A DNA stretch of 64,000 nt from Leptonemataceae bacterium (GCA_965227295.1 OZ245742.1:3936001-4000000); one strand, 5' to 3'; counted from the stretch's first letter, positions 19,867-33,142 are shown. The notes: generated by a model from the sequence alone, not told the origin. A program made the numbers and translations.

Positions 19867-21084
19867 TCACCAGTCGATCCCTGCGCCGGCATCGAGCAGC
19901 GCCGCTCCGAAATCGCGGCCGAGATAAGTACTGTTGGCGAGCACGATGAGGGCGAGGTCATCCTCCGGGTAAATCCGCAGATGCGCCGTGAAGGCGGCGC
20001 CGGCTCCGGCGTGAGCGATGTAGTGGCGGCCGCGAGGATCCGTGCGTTGAAACCAGGCGAGGCCCATCTTCGCCGGCGTGCCGTCCGGTGTTTCGGTGGG
20101 CAGTCCCGGGGCGAGCATCGATCTTATGCTCTCCGGTTTTAGAAGCGTACCGTCGTCTTCCAGGAACGTTACGGCAAAACGCGCGAGGTCCGGGGCCGGG
20201 CCGATCAAACCCGTGGCGCCCTGTTGGTCGGAGAAGACCGTGTTGAACCAGATGCGTCCGCCGGAGTCTTCGCGATACGCGCGATCGGTATCGATGTAAA
20301 ACGGCACGATGCAACGCATGATGTCCCGGGGATGGGAGCCGGTCATTGTCAGCCGGGCGCGGCCGACGTCGAAGGCGGTGGCATCCATGTGCAATGGCTC
20401 CAGGATTTGCCTGCGCAGGTACGTCTCGTAGTCTAGGCCGCTTTTTTTTTCGATGAGTGCGGCCAGAACCACGTAGCCGATGTTCGAATACGCGGAGCGA
20501 CTGCCCGGTGTGAACTGCAATTCGTTGTAGTTCGATAACTTATCTTTAACAAAACTTAGCTGATCCAGGCCGCGGCCGCCGCGGGCCGCGCGGTCTTCGG
20601 TGTAGTGGATCCAGCCGATGATCTCCGGACCGGTGTTCGGCAGGCCCGAGGAATGTTGCAGGAGTTGGCGGATCGTCACGGACGCGTGCCGCGGATTTTT
20701 GTCGTCGACGATGGTGCCGAAGAACGGCAGGTGTTTCGCCACCGGGTCGTCGAGATCCAGGGCTCCGCTTTCCGCGAGTTGCAACACGGCCACGGCGGTA
20801 AAGGGTTTCGTTACGGACCACCATTGCGAGGCGGCGTCGATGTGCATGGGCGTGTTGCGCGGCCCGTCGGCGAGTCCGGCGGCGTGGCTGTAGACGATGC
20901 CTTTGCGTCGAGCGGCAATGAATGTGAGCCCCGGCGGTTCTCCGGTCGCGGTAAGATCATTCAAGAACTTCGTGAACTCCGCCGGAGTGCGCAACGAAGC
21001 GGGCACGTCCATGGCCGGCGGGAGGACGGCACAGCCCGCGAAGAGCAACAGGCCGCACGAGAAACACACAGTGATTCGGTTCAT
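19867..21084 (-). CDS. serine hydrolase (class C beta-lactamase-like), putative lipoprotein
   Basis: SVTK (SxxK), LLQHSSGL, YSN and HAG. Lipobox FAGC. Confidence 0.88.
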   Translation of the reverse strand: MNRITVCFSCGLLLFAGCAVLPPAMDVPASLRTPAEFTKFLNDLTATGEPPGLTFIAARRKGIVYSHAAGLADGPRNTPMHIDAASQWWSVTKPFTAVAVLQLAESGALDLDDPVAKHLPFFGTIVDDKNPRHASVTIRQLLQHSSGLPNTGPEIIGWIHYTEDRAARGGRGLDQLSFVKDKLSNYNELQFTPGSRSAYSNIGYVVLAALIEKKSGLDYETYLRRQILEPLHMDATAFDVGRARLTMTGSHPRDIMRCIVPFYIDTDRAYREDSGGRIWFNTVFSDQQGATGLIGPAPDLARFAVTFLEDDGTLLKPESIRSMLAPGLPTETPDGTPAKMGLAWFQRTDPRGRHYIAHAGAGAAFTAHLRIYPEDDLALIVLANSTYLGRDFGAALLDAGAGIDW

Positions 21085-21091
21085 GGGAGGA

Positions 21092-22237
21092 TCATAACCG
21101 ATCCACGGGAGTCGTAGTCCTGGCTTCGGAAGTTCGGACTCGTTTTAGTGATCGCTTGCGGTACTCCGCCGGTGTGATCCCGCTTATTTCTTTGAACACG
21201 GAGTGGAACGAGGACTTCGACTGAAAACCCGCTTCGAAGGCGATGCGCAGGATCGAGTACTCCGCGAAGGCCGTATCAGCCAGCAGGCGCCGGGCTTCTT
21301 CGATGCGGTAGCCGTTGACGAAGGCAAAGAAGTTCTTTCCGTAGCGCCGGTTGATGAAACGCGACAAACGGTGGATGGGAACGCCGAGCGCGTTCGAAAG
21401 ATCCTGAATCGTCAGATCATCCTGACGCCAGGAACCTTCGCGCATGTACGCTTCCAGGCGTTCTGCCAGGTCGCGATCCGCGGTGGGATCCGGAACATCG
21501 TCCGGCGCGGATGCCGTCGTCGCCTTAAGTTCGGGGGCGTCGTCCCTGGCAGCAAAGGCGCCGCGGTAACCGACAGCGAAGACCCAGAAAGCGACCAGGA
21601 CGTAGAGTGACTGATCAAAGAGCGGCCGGCCGACAATCAACGCGCCGCTGCGGAGCAACAGCGCCGCCGTCCAGATCGCGGCGTTGATGGCCAGGGCCAC
21701 GCCCGGCCAGACGTCACGACGGGAGTAGTAGGCCTCGCGCCGACGCCGACGTTCACGGAGAGGGATTGCGATCGCCGCGATGGTGTACGCCAGTCCCGCG
21801 GCGATGATCGTGAAGTCCAGGATCGCAAATACCGGCGCTTCGCCGCGGAGGTAATTTGCAAACAGTGCGGCCTTATGATCGGCACTCCTCAGAAAAAACG
21901 GGGACTGATAGATTTTGAGTCCGATGAACGGCAGCGTATGGATCACGTCGATCGGACGCAGGCCGCCTCCGCCGGCGAGGGCGCGCACGTAGAAGTAGAG
22001 CATCGGCCCGTGCAAGATCGGCAGGCCGTAACGGATGCCGATGAGATGCGGAAACATGAGGACCAGGCCTTCCGTGTACAGGATGGTGCTACTGAGATCG
22101 ACGGCGAGCAGGACGAGCCAGGCGGCCAGGATGCGGTTGGCGGATTGGTTGCCGGCATTGCGTCGGAACAAGAGAGCGAGCGCCAGGATCAGCGAATGGA
22201 CGGCGGCGAGCTGGAGGATGATGGTGGTGGGGGACAT
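21092..22237 (-). CDS. AraC-family regulator with N-terminal membrane domain
   Basis: Six to seven TM segments, then NFFAFVNGYRIEEA...IAFEAGFQSKSSFHSVFKEISGITPAEYR. Confidence 0.9.
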   Translation of the reverse strand: MSPTTIILQLAAVHSLILALALLFRRNAGNQSANRILAAWLVLLAVDLSSTILYTEGLVLMFPHLIGIRYGLPILHGPMLYFYVRALAGGGGLRPIDVIHTLPFIGLKIYQSPFFLRSADHKAALFANYLRGEAPVFAILDFTIIAAGLAYTIAAIAIPLRERRRRREAYYSRRDVWPGVALAINAAIWTAALLLRSGALIVGRPLFDQSLYVLVAFWVFAVGYRGAFAARDDAPELKATTASAPDDVPDPTADRDLAERLEAYMREGSWRQDDLTIQDLSNALGVPIHRLSRFINRRYGKNFFAFVNGYRIEEARRLLADTAFAEYSILRIAFEAGFQSKSSFHSVFKEISGITPAEYRKRSLKRVRTSEARTTTPVDRL

Positions 22238-22280
22238 GATACCGTGGTGACGATGTCCGATTGCCTGATGGGATCTTACA

Positions 22281-22393
22281 ACTCTTTGCGCCAGGGATCG
22301 GAAGGGTCGCGCGTAGCGCGAGTCTCGCCGCAGGCGAGACCGGAGCCCTGGAGAGCCCGACCGCCGCCGCAGGCGGCGGGGGCGCCCAAAAAA
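22281..22393 (+). repeat. multi-hairpin REP-like element (AGGGAT...CGCCCAAA family), copy 1
   Basis: Hairpins CGCGC-GTA-GCGCG, GTCTCGCC-GCA-GGCGAGAC and CCGCCGCC-GCA-GGCGGCGG. Aligns with the reverse complement of 30145-30264 and with 51211-51252. Confidence 0.85.
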
Positions 22394-22427
22394 GGATTTT
22401 TGCTAACTCTTCGTGATCTATAGTTAA

Positions 22428-25823
<3,396 letters not shown>

Positions 25824-26013
25824 AATAGGTAATGGTAGAATTTTTCAGCAGGGATGTCTGTCCAGTGAAATGGGCGGGCGGATGGGTGTTCCGTTGCCTG
25901 AAAAATAGGCAGATTGCGGTTAGAAGGCAAGGGGATTGGCTCCGAGGACGCCGAGCGGAAGATGGGGAGGGTGGCGAATTTTGCACGCGCGCGTGCGAAA
26001 TTGGGCGAGTGGG

Positions 26014-26568
26014 TTATGGGGTGGCGAAGATGTCGGCGATGTCTACGGCGAGCTCCGGCAATACGGTCGATTCGATCAACCCACGCTCGCGCAATTCCCG
26101 GGCTGCTTTGAATTGCCCGTCTTGCAATCGCAGAATCCGCAGCGTTCGTTCCGCGGGATCGACGATCCAGTACTCGCGCACGCCGTACTGCTCGTAGCGA
26201 GCCTGTTTCTTTCCGAGATCGTAGTGCGCATTCGATGGCGATAGCACCTCAACCACCAGGTCCGGCGCGCCCTCGATCTTGACCGCGCCGATGATGCTCC
26301 GGCGTTCTTCAGAAATAAAAATCACGTCCGGCTGGTAGGTGTTCGTCTCGGAGAGATATACGTCGATGGGAGAGATGAATACGTCTCCGCCGCCGACCTC
26401 CTTCAGGTGGGCCTTGATCTGCCAGTAGATTTCTCCGGCAATGCGTTGATGATGCGGCGTGGGCGAGGGACTCATAACCAGATCTCCGTCGATGAGCTGA
26501 TATGCCGCGCCGTCATCTAATCGAGCGTAGTCTGCATAAGTCCGGGGTGTCTTCGTTTCCGGCGGCAT
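26014..26568 (-). CDS. Uma2 (DUF820) family endonuclease-like protein
   Basis: YQLIDGDLVMSPSP, QPDVIF, PDLVVEVLSPS and YEQYGVREYWIVDP. Confidence 0.92.
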   Translation of the reverse strand: MPPETKTPRTYADYARLDDGAAYQLIDGDLVMSPSPTPHHQRIAGEIYWQIKAHLKEVGGGDVFISPIDVYLSETNTYQPDVIFISEERRSIIGAVKIEGAPDLVVEVLSPSNAHYDLGKKQARYEQYGVREYWIVDPAERTLRILRLQDGQFKAARELRERGLIESTVLPELAVDIADIFATP

Positions 26569-26706
26569 GGCTGCATTGTAGCACAGGGGCGAACCGAGTC
26601 AAGCCAGGTGGTCGCACTAAATACAAAAATTCCCCATCGCACCGTCGAAAAAGTGTACACCAAAATGTCATGACAGCGTTCGCGCGATGCCCATGCTGTC
26701 GCCTGC

Positions 26707-27846
26707 ATGCACGCCTTTCTGTATGTGACCCTGCCGGCGATTTGCCTGCTCATTGTCTTCGCGGCCGGTGAACTCGCGGTTCGTAACATACGTCGGCAAA
26801 ACGTCTGGCTTGCGCTGATCTTCCTTGCCTACGCCCTCGTATTGCTGCGCGCCTTTCTATTGTTCTCCGGCTGGATGCCGGCGGTACCTCTGTTGTACGA
26901 ATCCACGCTGCCGGTAAATTTCTGGATCGGCCCGCTGATCTACATCTATCTGCGCGAGGCTTTGGGTTTGCATCGCGCCGCGCATTCATCGCTGACGAAT
27001 CTGCGTGAAATCCTGCCGCACTTCGTTCCCGGCGTGCTGGTCTTCGTGTTGACGATCCCCAACGTGATGCAGCCCGGCGCGAGTACGATCGAACGCATCG
27101 CCGTTGCCGGGGCGTTCTTTGACGGCGCGGCACATGGTTTGTTTTCGGATCCGTACCTGCTCCTGACCCCGCTCGCGCTCATCCATGTTGCGATCTACCT
27201 GGCCTTGCTCGTGCGTTCGATGCTACTGCTGTTGAATCTGGAAACGCTGCGCCGCCAGGCAACGGTGCGCGCCTTTCTGTCCATGACCGCCCTGGCATTG
27301 ATCAGCACGGGCTGCGCCTTCGCGGGCATACTCTTCGCGCAACGAGAGCTGGTGGAGTTCGCCATCGGTCTGCTCGCGCTGGTGGTGCCGTTGCTGTATG
27401 TTTATCAGAAGCGCTATCCGGATCTCTTTGACGTGCTGGAGGGGCTCCTGCGTACGGAGCGCGAAAAGCGGGCGCGCTATCTGCAATCGCAGTTGGCCGG
27501 CGTGGATCTGACGAAACTGGAGCGACGGCTGACGGAGTTGATGGATGCGGAACACGTGTATCGCCGGGACGATCTCACGCTGCCGGCTCTCGCGGAGTTG
27601 CTGGATACGACGCCGCATCGATTGTCGGAGTACCTGAACAGGATCCGGCAGATGAGCTTCTCCGAGTACGTGAATCGCCGTCGGGTGCAGGCGGCCCAGG
27701 TCCTGCTCCTGGCGGAGCGGGATCGCACCGTGCTCTCGATTGCGTTCGAGGTCGGCTTCAATTCCAAATCCGCTTTTAACAAAGCTTTCGTTCGATTCAC
27801 GGGAGACAACCCGGCGCAGTTCCGAAACCAGGGAGTGAATTCATGA
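26707..27846 (+). CDS. AraC-family regulator with N-terminal membrane domain
   Basis: TM-rich N-terminus and IAFEVGFNSKSAFNKAFVRFTG HTH. Confidence 0.9.
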   Translation: MHAFLYVTLPAICLLIVFAAGELAVRNIRRQNVWLALIFLAYALVLLRAFLLFSGWMPAVPLLYESTLPVNFWIGPLIYIYLREALGLHRAAHSSLTNLREILPHFVPGVLVFVLTIPNVMQPGASTIERIAVAGAFFDGAAHGLFSDPYLLLTPLALIHVAIYLALLVRSMLLLLNLETLRRQATVRAFLSMTALALISTGCAFAGILFAQRELVEFAIGLLALVVPLLYVYQKRYPDLFDVLEGLLRTEREKRARYLQSQLAGVDLTKLERRLTELMDAEHVYRRDDLTLPALAELLDTTPHRLSEYLNRIRQMSFSEYVNRRRVQAAQVLLLAERDRTVLSIAFEVGFNSKSAFNKAFVRFTGDNPAQFRNQGVNS

Positions 27847-27920
27847 GGCGCGCGCAATTTTTTTGGGCTCACTTTATAAGTCCGGTCGATCGAGCCGGAC
27901 GAAGCCGTTAAGATATCGTC

Positions 27921-28322
27921 ATGAAAACAGCCATTCGCATTCTCACGGTCGATTCCCTGGCCGGCCTGGCAGTGGGCGTCCTGACCCTGGCGCTTACGCC
28001 GTTGCTCACCGGGCCGTTCTTTCAGTGGCCGATCGAATACGTCTTTTTCATCGGCGGGGCCAACGTCCTGTACGGTTGCTACTCCGGTCTGCTGGTGTTG
28101 AGCCGGCGTCGCCTCGGTCGCGTCCCGGTGGCCGGCGTAATTCTGTTGATCATCGCCAACAGCGTCTGGGCCGGGCAGTGCTTCGCGCAGATCTGGTGGC
28201 TGTCCCACGGTAAACCGCCGATTCTGCTGCTCGTGCACATGGGCCTGGAGGCGCTGTTCGTGCTCGGCCTGGCGTTCGTTGAGGCACGGGATGTACTGCC
28301 GGCGGTGGGCGAGCGGAACTGA
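27921..28322 (+). CDS. small four-TM membrane protein
   Basis: 133 aa, hydrophobic, directly downstream of the AraC gene. Confidence 0.7.
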   Translation: MKTAIRILTVDSLAGLAVGVLTLALTPLLTGPFFQWPIEYVFFIGGANVLYGCYSGLLVLSRRRLGRVPVAGVILLIIANSVWAGQCFAQIWWLSHGKPPILLLVHMGLEALFVLGLAFVEARDVLPAVGERN

Positions 28323-28382
28323 TTCGCCGGATCCGCTAAAAATTCTCGACGCTATCGCGGCCAGACAGGACACCCGAATTCC

Positions 28383-28841
28383 ATGAAGGTCGTGCGCCGT
28401 GTGCTGTTGATCCTTGTGCTGACCCCGCTGCTGTTGTTCGGCGGTTATCTCATCTACGCGCAAACGCTCATCGGCGTGCATCCGAAAACAGTCGCGTACT
28501 ATCAAAAATTATCCGGGGAACTCCGTCGTCGCAGGCACTCGCCGAACTACTTCATCTTAACCACGATCCGCCCGCGTTGGTTGAACGAGCTGCTGCGTCC
28601 TTTCGGCGCGGCACCGTTCAGCCGGCACGTGCACGCGGAAGCCGTGGACCTCATCGTCCTGGATGTGAACGGCGACTGGTCGGCCGATGCGAAAGACGTC
28701 GACATCGTCTACGATGTTTTGAATCGCGTGATCGTGCGCGACGGCGGCGGGGTGGGGACCTACAAGGGCGAGCCCTTATTTTTGCAATACCAGATGATTC
28801 ACTTCGATTGCCGCGGGCATCGGGCGCGGTGGCACCGCTGA
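28383..28841 (+). CDS. peptidase M15-like (D-Ala-D-Ala carboxypeptidase fold) metallopeptidase
   Basis: N-terminal anchor, SRHVHAEAVD (H-x6-D) and MIHFDCRGHRARW. Confidence 0.7.
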   Translation: MKVVRRVLLILVLTPLLLFGGYLIYAQTLIGVHPKTVAYYQKLSGELRRRRHSPNYFILTTIRPRWLNELLRPFGAAPFSRHVHAEAVDLIVLDVNGDWSADAKDVDIVYDVLNRVIVRDGGGVGTYKGEPLFLQYQMIHFDCRGHRARWHR

Positions 28842-28856
28842 GGCCCGCGGCAACGT

Positions 28857-29867
28857 TCAAATTATCTTCGTCTGTTCGATGAACCAACCACGCGCGGCGG
28901 TGGTGACGGCTTTCTGGACCGTCTTCCATTCGAGGCCGCTCGCTTCGAGTTCGGCGCCCGATTCTTTCTGAACGTCCTGTGTGAAGGCAGCCAGAAAACG
29001 ACCGGTGTTGCGCGGATCGTAGACCGCATCGCAGCTTTCCGTCGCGATCTGTTCGAGGCGGTTCGGCGTGACGAACAAGTCCACGAACTCAGCGATGTTG
29101 CGCGCCGTTTCCGGATCCACCGTCGCCGGCGCTTTGCTGCGTACGACCTGATGTTTCTCGCCCTTGGCCTTGAACATGTACTGCCCAAGCATCTCGCGAT
29201 CGATGGTTTGCGCATCGCCGGCGAGGCCGACCGGAAAATAGACCAGGCCTTCGCCGGTTCCTGCAACACCGAAGCGTGCTTTCACAAACGGATCGCATGC
29301 TTCCACGGCGCTCACGCGGGCGTTGATGGCGTCCACGGCCGCGCGCATTTGACCTGGATTCGTCCAGTCGATGTCCACGTCGGGTTCGTCCCACGGCAGG
29401 ATGTGTACTCCCGGAAGTGGACCGAGGCGTTCTGCGATCCACTCCGGTCCCATGTAGACGTCTTCGCCGATTTGTATGGAAAAGACCGCGAAGATTTTTT
29501 CGGGAATGTCGCAGATGGCAGCGCCTTTCTGGATTCCCGGCCCGCACCATTCGCCGAAGACCGTCATCGTCACACCGGTGGGAACCGTGGCCGCGAGCGT
29601 CTGCCAGCCGGCGTTGTTTTCCTGAAGCCACCGCGCGAAACCCGCGTTGTCGTTTTCGACGGACAGTACTGACGTGCGGCTCTGGGGCGAGACCACGCCG
29701 TCGCACAGGCTGATGCCCGCGTTCGTCCCGTGGAGTTTTACTTTCGGCCGGTAGCGGATCGGACCGTTGTGTGCGACCGTGGTCGGTCCCACGCGTTCCG
29801 CGTAGATCTCCACCGCTCGCCGCACATGGCTGAAGCTCTCAATCGACGGCCATTTGATGTGATTCAT
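28857..29867 (-). CDS. ATP-dependent RNA ligase, Rnl2-like
   Basis: Nucleotidyltransferase motifs I KLHGTN, III FGEWCG, IIIa FAVFSI, IV GEGLV and V FKAK. AGAGGA RBS before ATG at 29867. Confidence 0.85.
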   Translation of the reverse strand: MNHIKWPSIESFSHVRRAVEIYAERVGPTTVAHNGPIRYRPKVKLHGTNAGISLCDGVVSPQSRTSVLSVENDNAGFARWLQENNAGWQTLAATVPTGVTMTVFGEWCGPGIQKGAAICDIPEKIFAVFSIQIGEDVYMGPEWIAERLGPLPGVHILPWDEPDVDIDWTNPGQMRAAVDAINARVSAVEACDPFVKARFGVAGTGEGLVYFPVGLAGDAQTIDREMLGQYMFKAKGEKHQVVRSKAPATVDPETARNIAEFVDLFVTPNRLEQIATESCDAVYDPRNTGRFLAAFTQDVQKESGAELEASGLEWKTVQKAVTTAARGWFIEQTKII

Positions 29868-29896
29868 GTTTCGTTCCTCTAACTTGATGGGTACGC

Positions 29897-29935
29897 AAAA
29901 AGGGCGGGCCTCCGTTCTTCCGGATGGACCCGCCC
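29897..29935 (-). terminator. intrinsic terminator in the 5' leader of the RNA ligase gene
   Basis: Minus strand reads GGGCGGG-TCCATCCG-GAAGAA-CGGAGG-CCCGCCC followed by TTTTT, about 30 nt upstream of the ligase ATG. Confidence 0.75.
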
Positions 29936-29964
29936 CCTGCACGTCTTCCCAACGATGCGTACGG

Positions 29965-30036
29965 TCAGGGCCCGTCCCGGCTCCCCGTTACCCATGCGGC
30001 GCAAGGCCGTGCGTCGTTGTAAAGATGCGTATTCAT
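29965..30036 (-). promoter_or_regulatory. candidate 23-aa leader peptide MNTHLYNDARPCAAWVTGSRDGP*
   Basis: ATG at 30036 to TGA at 29965, ending about 30 nt before the terminator. Its last codons can pair with the terminator 3' arm. No SD sequence is visible. Confidence 0.5.
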
Positions 30037-30144
30037 TGCGTGTGTTGGATGGATTGGACGAAGGAAAGTTGCATTTTGTTACGTTTTTCAGGTGTTGGCG
30101 GTCCGTAAAATGCAAATCACTAATTGAATATAAAATTATATTAG

Positions 30145-30264
30145 TTTGGGCGTTCCCCTCCGCTTCGCTCCGGGTCGGGCTTTCCGGGGCTCCGCTTCGC
30201 TGCGGTCTCAGCCGAAGACGGCTGAGACTGGGCCTTCGGCCCACCCCTCCAATCCCTAACGCAA
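30145..30264 (-). repeat. multi-hairpin REP-like element (AGGGAT...CGCCCAAA family), copy 2
   Basis: Reverse complement TTGCGTTAGGGATTGGAGGGGT-GGGCC-GAA-GGCCC-AGTCTC...GAGACC...GGAGCCCCGGAAAGCCCGACC...CGCCCAAA aligns with 22286-22390. Confidence 0.85.
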
Positions 30265-30360
30265 GAATTGAGAGTTCGCGGCCGTCGTATTCTTTCCCAC
30301 ATCCTGCAAAAAACTTGACGCATGCGTCACTTTTTTTAAGATGCGGCCCTGAGGCCCTCC

Positions 30361-31893
30361 ATGAACCAGAGCAAACGCAACCCGTCCGTCGTGATCGTGG
30401 GAGCCGGTATGACCGGCATCCTCATGGCCATTCGCATGCGCGAGGCCGGCATTCACGACGTCGTCATCCTGGAAAAAAAAGAAAAGATCGGCGGGACCTG
30501 GCGAGAGAACACCTATCCCGGCATCGCCTGCGACGTGCCCGCGCATTATTATACCTATCGCTTCGAACTGAACCCGCACTGGTCGAACTTCTTTGCGCCG
30601 GGCCGTGAGATTCAGCAGTACTTCGAAGGCGTCGTTGAGAAGTACGGCCTGCATGAGATCATTCATTTGAACGAAGCGGTGACGGCCGCATCTTATAAAG
30701 ACGGGAAGTGGACCGTGAAGACGAGTCAGCGCAAGACCTACGTCGCCGACTTCTTTATCGCGGCGACGGGCATTCTGCATCATCCGGCCATGCCGAACCT
30801 CAAAGGCCTGCAAACTTTCGGCGGGCCCATGTTTCACACGGCGGAGTGGAACCACGACGTGCAGTTCGGTCCCGGCGTGCGGGTGGGGGTGATCGGCAAC
30901 GGCTCCACGGCAGCGCAGTGCGTGCCGGAACTCGTGAACAGCGGGGCGGAGGTTACGGTATTCATGCGCACGCCGCAGTGGATCGCGTATTTTCCGGACT
31001 TTCGTTATCCGCAATGGTTCAAAAATTGGGTGCGTCGATCAAGAATGTTGCTGGCGTTGCAGCGCCGGATCGGTCGCTATACGATGCTCTTTTTTAACGC
31101 GGCGACGGCCGGCGTTATGCCTTACAAGAAACTCGTGGAATGGATCTGTAAACTCAGTCTGCGCTTTGGTGTTAAGGATCGCGAGTTGCGCGAACGACTG
31201 CGGCCGGACTATCGTGTCGGTTGCAAGCGCGTGGTCATCAACGCCACGTTTTTCCCGGCCATCCAGAAAGAGAACGCGCACATCGTCCAGACCGGCATCG
31301 ATCGGGTTACGAAGCAGGGCATTGTTACGAAAGACGGCAAGCTGCACGAGCTGGACGTGCTCGTATGTTCCACGGGCTTTCATCCGTTCTACTTTATGCG
31401 TCCCATGAACCTGAAGGGCCGCGGCGGCCTTTCCGTCGATACGGCCTGGAAAAAACGCATCGATGTTTACAACTCGGTGCTGTGTCCGCAGTTTCCGAAC
31501 ATGTTTCTCATGCTCGGCCCGTACACGCCCATCAGTAATTTTTCGGTGATTGCCATGTCCGAGTGCCAGGCCGATTACATCATGCAGCTCATCGAGTTGT
31601 GGCGCGAGCGTGTCTACGATGCGGTCGAGCCGAAAGTCGAAGCGGTGGAGCGCTTTCGCGAAAAAGTGCGCCAGGGTCTCGCTGGTTCGGCCTGGGCGAG
31701 TGGTTGCAGTTCGTGGTACTTAAGCGATAGCGGTGAGCCTCAGGTGTGGCCGTTTACGTGGCGCAAGTACGAACAAGAGTTGGCGCGACCGAAGTTAGAG
31801 GACCTGGTGTTGGAGAAGATCCAGGCGAAGCCGCCGCGTAAGAAGGCGGCTTCATCAAAATCGAAGCGGAAGCGGGTGGCCGTGGCGGGGTAG
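30361..31893 (+). CDS. Baeyer-Villiger-type flavin monooxygenase
   Basis: GAGMTG, GGTWRENTYPG, fingerprint FGGPMFHTAEW and second Rossmann motif GNGSTA. Confidence 0.92.
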   Translation: MNQSKRNPSVVIVGAGMTGILMAIRMREAGIHDVVILEKKEKIGGTWRENTYPGIACDVPAHYYTYRFELNPHWSNFFAPGREIQQYFEGVVEKYGLHEIIHLNEAVTAASYKDGKWTVKTSQRKTYVADFFIAATGILHHPAMPNLKGLQTFGGPMFHTAEWNHDVQFGPGVRVGVIGNGSTAAQCVPELVNSGAEVTVFMRTPQWIAYFPDFRYPQWFKNWVRRSRMLLALQRRIGRYTMLFFNAATAGVMPYKKLVEWICKLSLRFGVKDRELRERLRPDYRVGCKRVVINATFFPAIQKENAHIVQTGIDRVTKQGIVTKDGKLHELDVLVCSTGFHPFYFMRPMNLKGRGGLSVDTAWKKRIDVYNSVLCPQFPNMFLMLGPYTPISNFSVIAMSECQADYIMQLIELWRERVYDAVEPKVEAVERFREKVRQGLAGSAWASGCSSWYLSDSGEPQVWPFTWRKYEQELARPKLEDLVLEKIQAKPPRKKAASSKSKRKRVAVAG

Positions 31894-31994
31894 TGGAAGA
31901 GAAGAATTTACACCGAGGCCCCGAGACACCGAGGGAAGAATGAGGAATGCGAATTTACACTTAAGTTCAGGTCGTGTTCGACCCTAAAAATCGT

Positions 31995-33050
31995 TCAATA
32001 ATCCGCCGAAGCCACCGATTCTCGATGAAAACTCCGGCACCGGCCCATCTGAAAATCGATGGAACACAAGAACGGCTCCGGGTTGATCCGCTGCGAGGTA
32101 CCGAGCCAGATTTCGTAATGCAAATGCGTACCCGTGGCGCGACCGGTGCGGCCCATGGTGCCGATGCGCTGGCCGCGAAAGACCTGATCGCCGACGCGCA
32201 CTTCGGTGCGATTCATGTGCGCGAACATGCTGTAATAACCGAAGTCGTGTTTGATGACCACCGCGCGACCGTAGCCGTTGCCGGCGCCGTAGACGCGATG
32301 GACTTCACCGGGACCGGTGGCGTAGATCGGTGTGCCCAGGGGGCCGGAGGTATCGAAGCCGGTGTGGAACTCGAAGCCCTGTTTCGTGAGCGGGTTCACA
32401 CGAACGCCGTAGCGCGACGTATCGTGCAGGCCGCCGAAGTTGCGAAAGGGACGGCCCAGGGGCATTTCGGTGTACACGCCGAGGCCGTCTTCTAAAGATT
32501 CCGTAAGGGCTGCCAGCAGCGGCGTGTGGCCGTCGAGCAGATACTGCGTGGTGCGCAGGGCGTAGACGGGCGGTAGATACTCGGAAATGCCCATCTCCGG
32601 ATCCTCGATGCTTTCGCGGAGCAGCATGAGTTGCGCGCGATCCACCATGGCGGATTCCGTCGGCAAAACACCCAGCTCGTACTCCGGAACGCCCAGGACT
32701 TCCGAGATGCCGAACAGGCGTTCCCGCAGGTCGCGCTTCATCGCGCGGGTTTCGTTGACGCTGCGGGTGAGTTCTAACGCGCGCTGGAAGTTATCGCCGT
32801 AGCGCGTTTGGAGGCGATTGATTTCCTGCACATGCAGGCGCTTCAGATAAAAACCGTAGAAAGCCAGGAAGACCGCCAGGGCCAGCGTGCCCGCCAGAAA
32901 GACGATCATGAACCAGTTCAACTGGAGGGAGAACATCTTTTCCTGGCCATGGGGAATGACCATGATGGTGAGACGCTCTTCGCCTTTCTTACGAAACTTG
33001 AGGGCGAGACTTTCGTAGAATTCCCGCAGCTTTTCGATGAGACGGTCCAT
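31995..33050 (-). CDS. M23-family metallopeptidase
   Basis: HTGFD, GYGRAVVIKH and ATGTHLHYE. N-terminal TM segment, ATG at 33050. Confidence 0.9.
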   Translation of the reverse strand: MDRLIEKLREFYESLALKFRKKGEERLTIMVIPHGQEKMFSLQLNWFMIVFLAGTLALAVFLAFYGFYLKRLHVQEINRLQTRYGDNFQRALELTRSVNETRAMKRDLRERLFGISEVLGVPEYELGVLPTESAMVDRAQLMLLRESIEDPEMGISEYLPPVYALRTTQYLLDGHTPLLAALTESLEDGLGVYTEMPLGRPFRNFGGLHDTSRYGVRVNPLTKQGFEFHTGFDTSGPLGTPIYATGPGEVHRVYGAGNGYGRAVVIKHDFGYYSMFAHMNRTEVRVGDQVFRGQRIGTMGRTGRATGTHLHYEIWLGTSQRINPEPFLCSIDFQMGRCRSFHRESVASADY

Positions 33051-33142
33051 GCCGGGCGGAGTGCCCACACTCGATGGCAAGTTCCCCCTGTCAAATGCTA
33101 TATTTTTATTTACCGGATGAGCCGCAGGCGAAACACGTCCTT

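Noticed and set aside
26014..29867. Uma2 nuclease plus RNA ligase as a defence or toxin-repair module
   Set aside because: They are separated by three unrelated opposite-strand genes, and solitary Uma2 genes are common.
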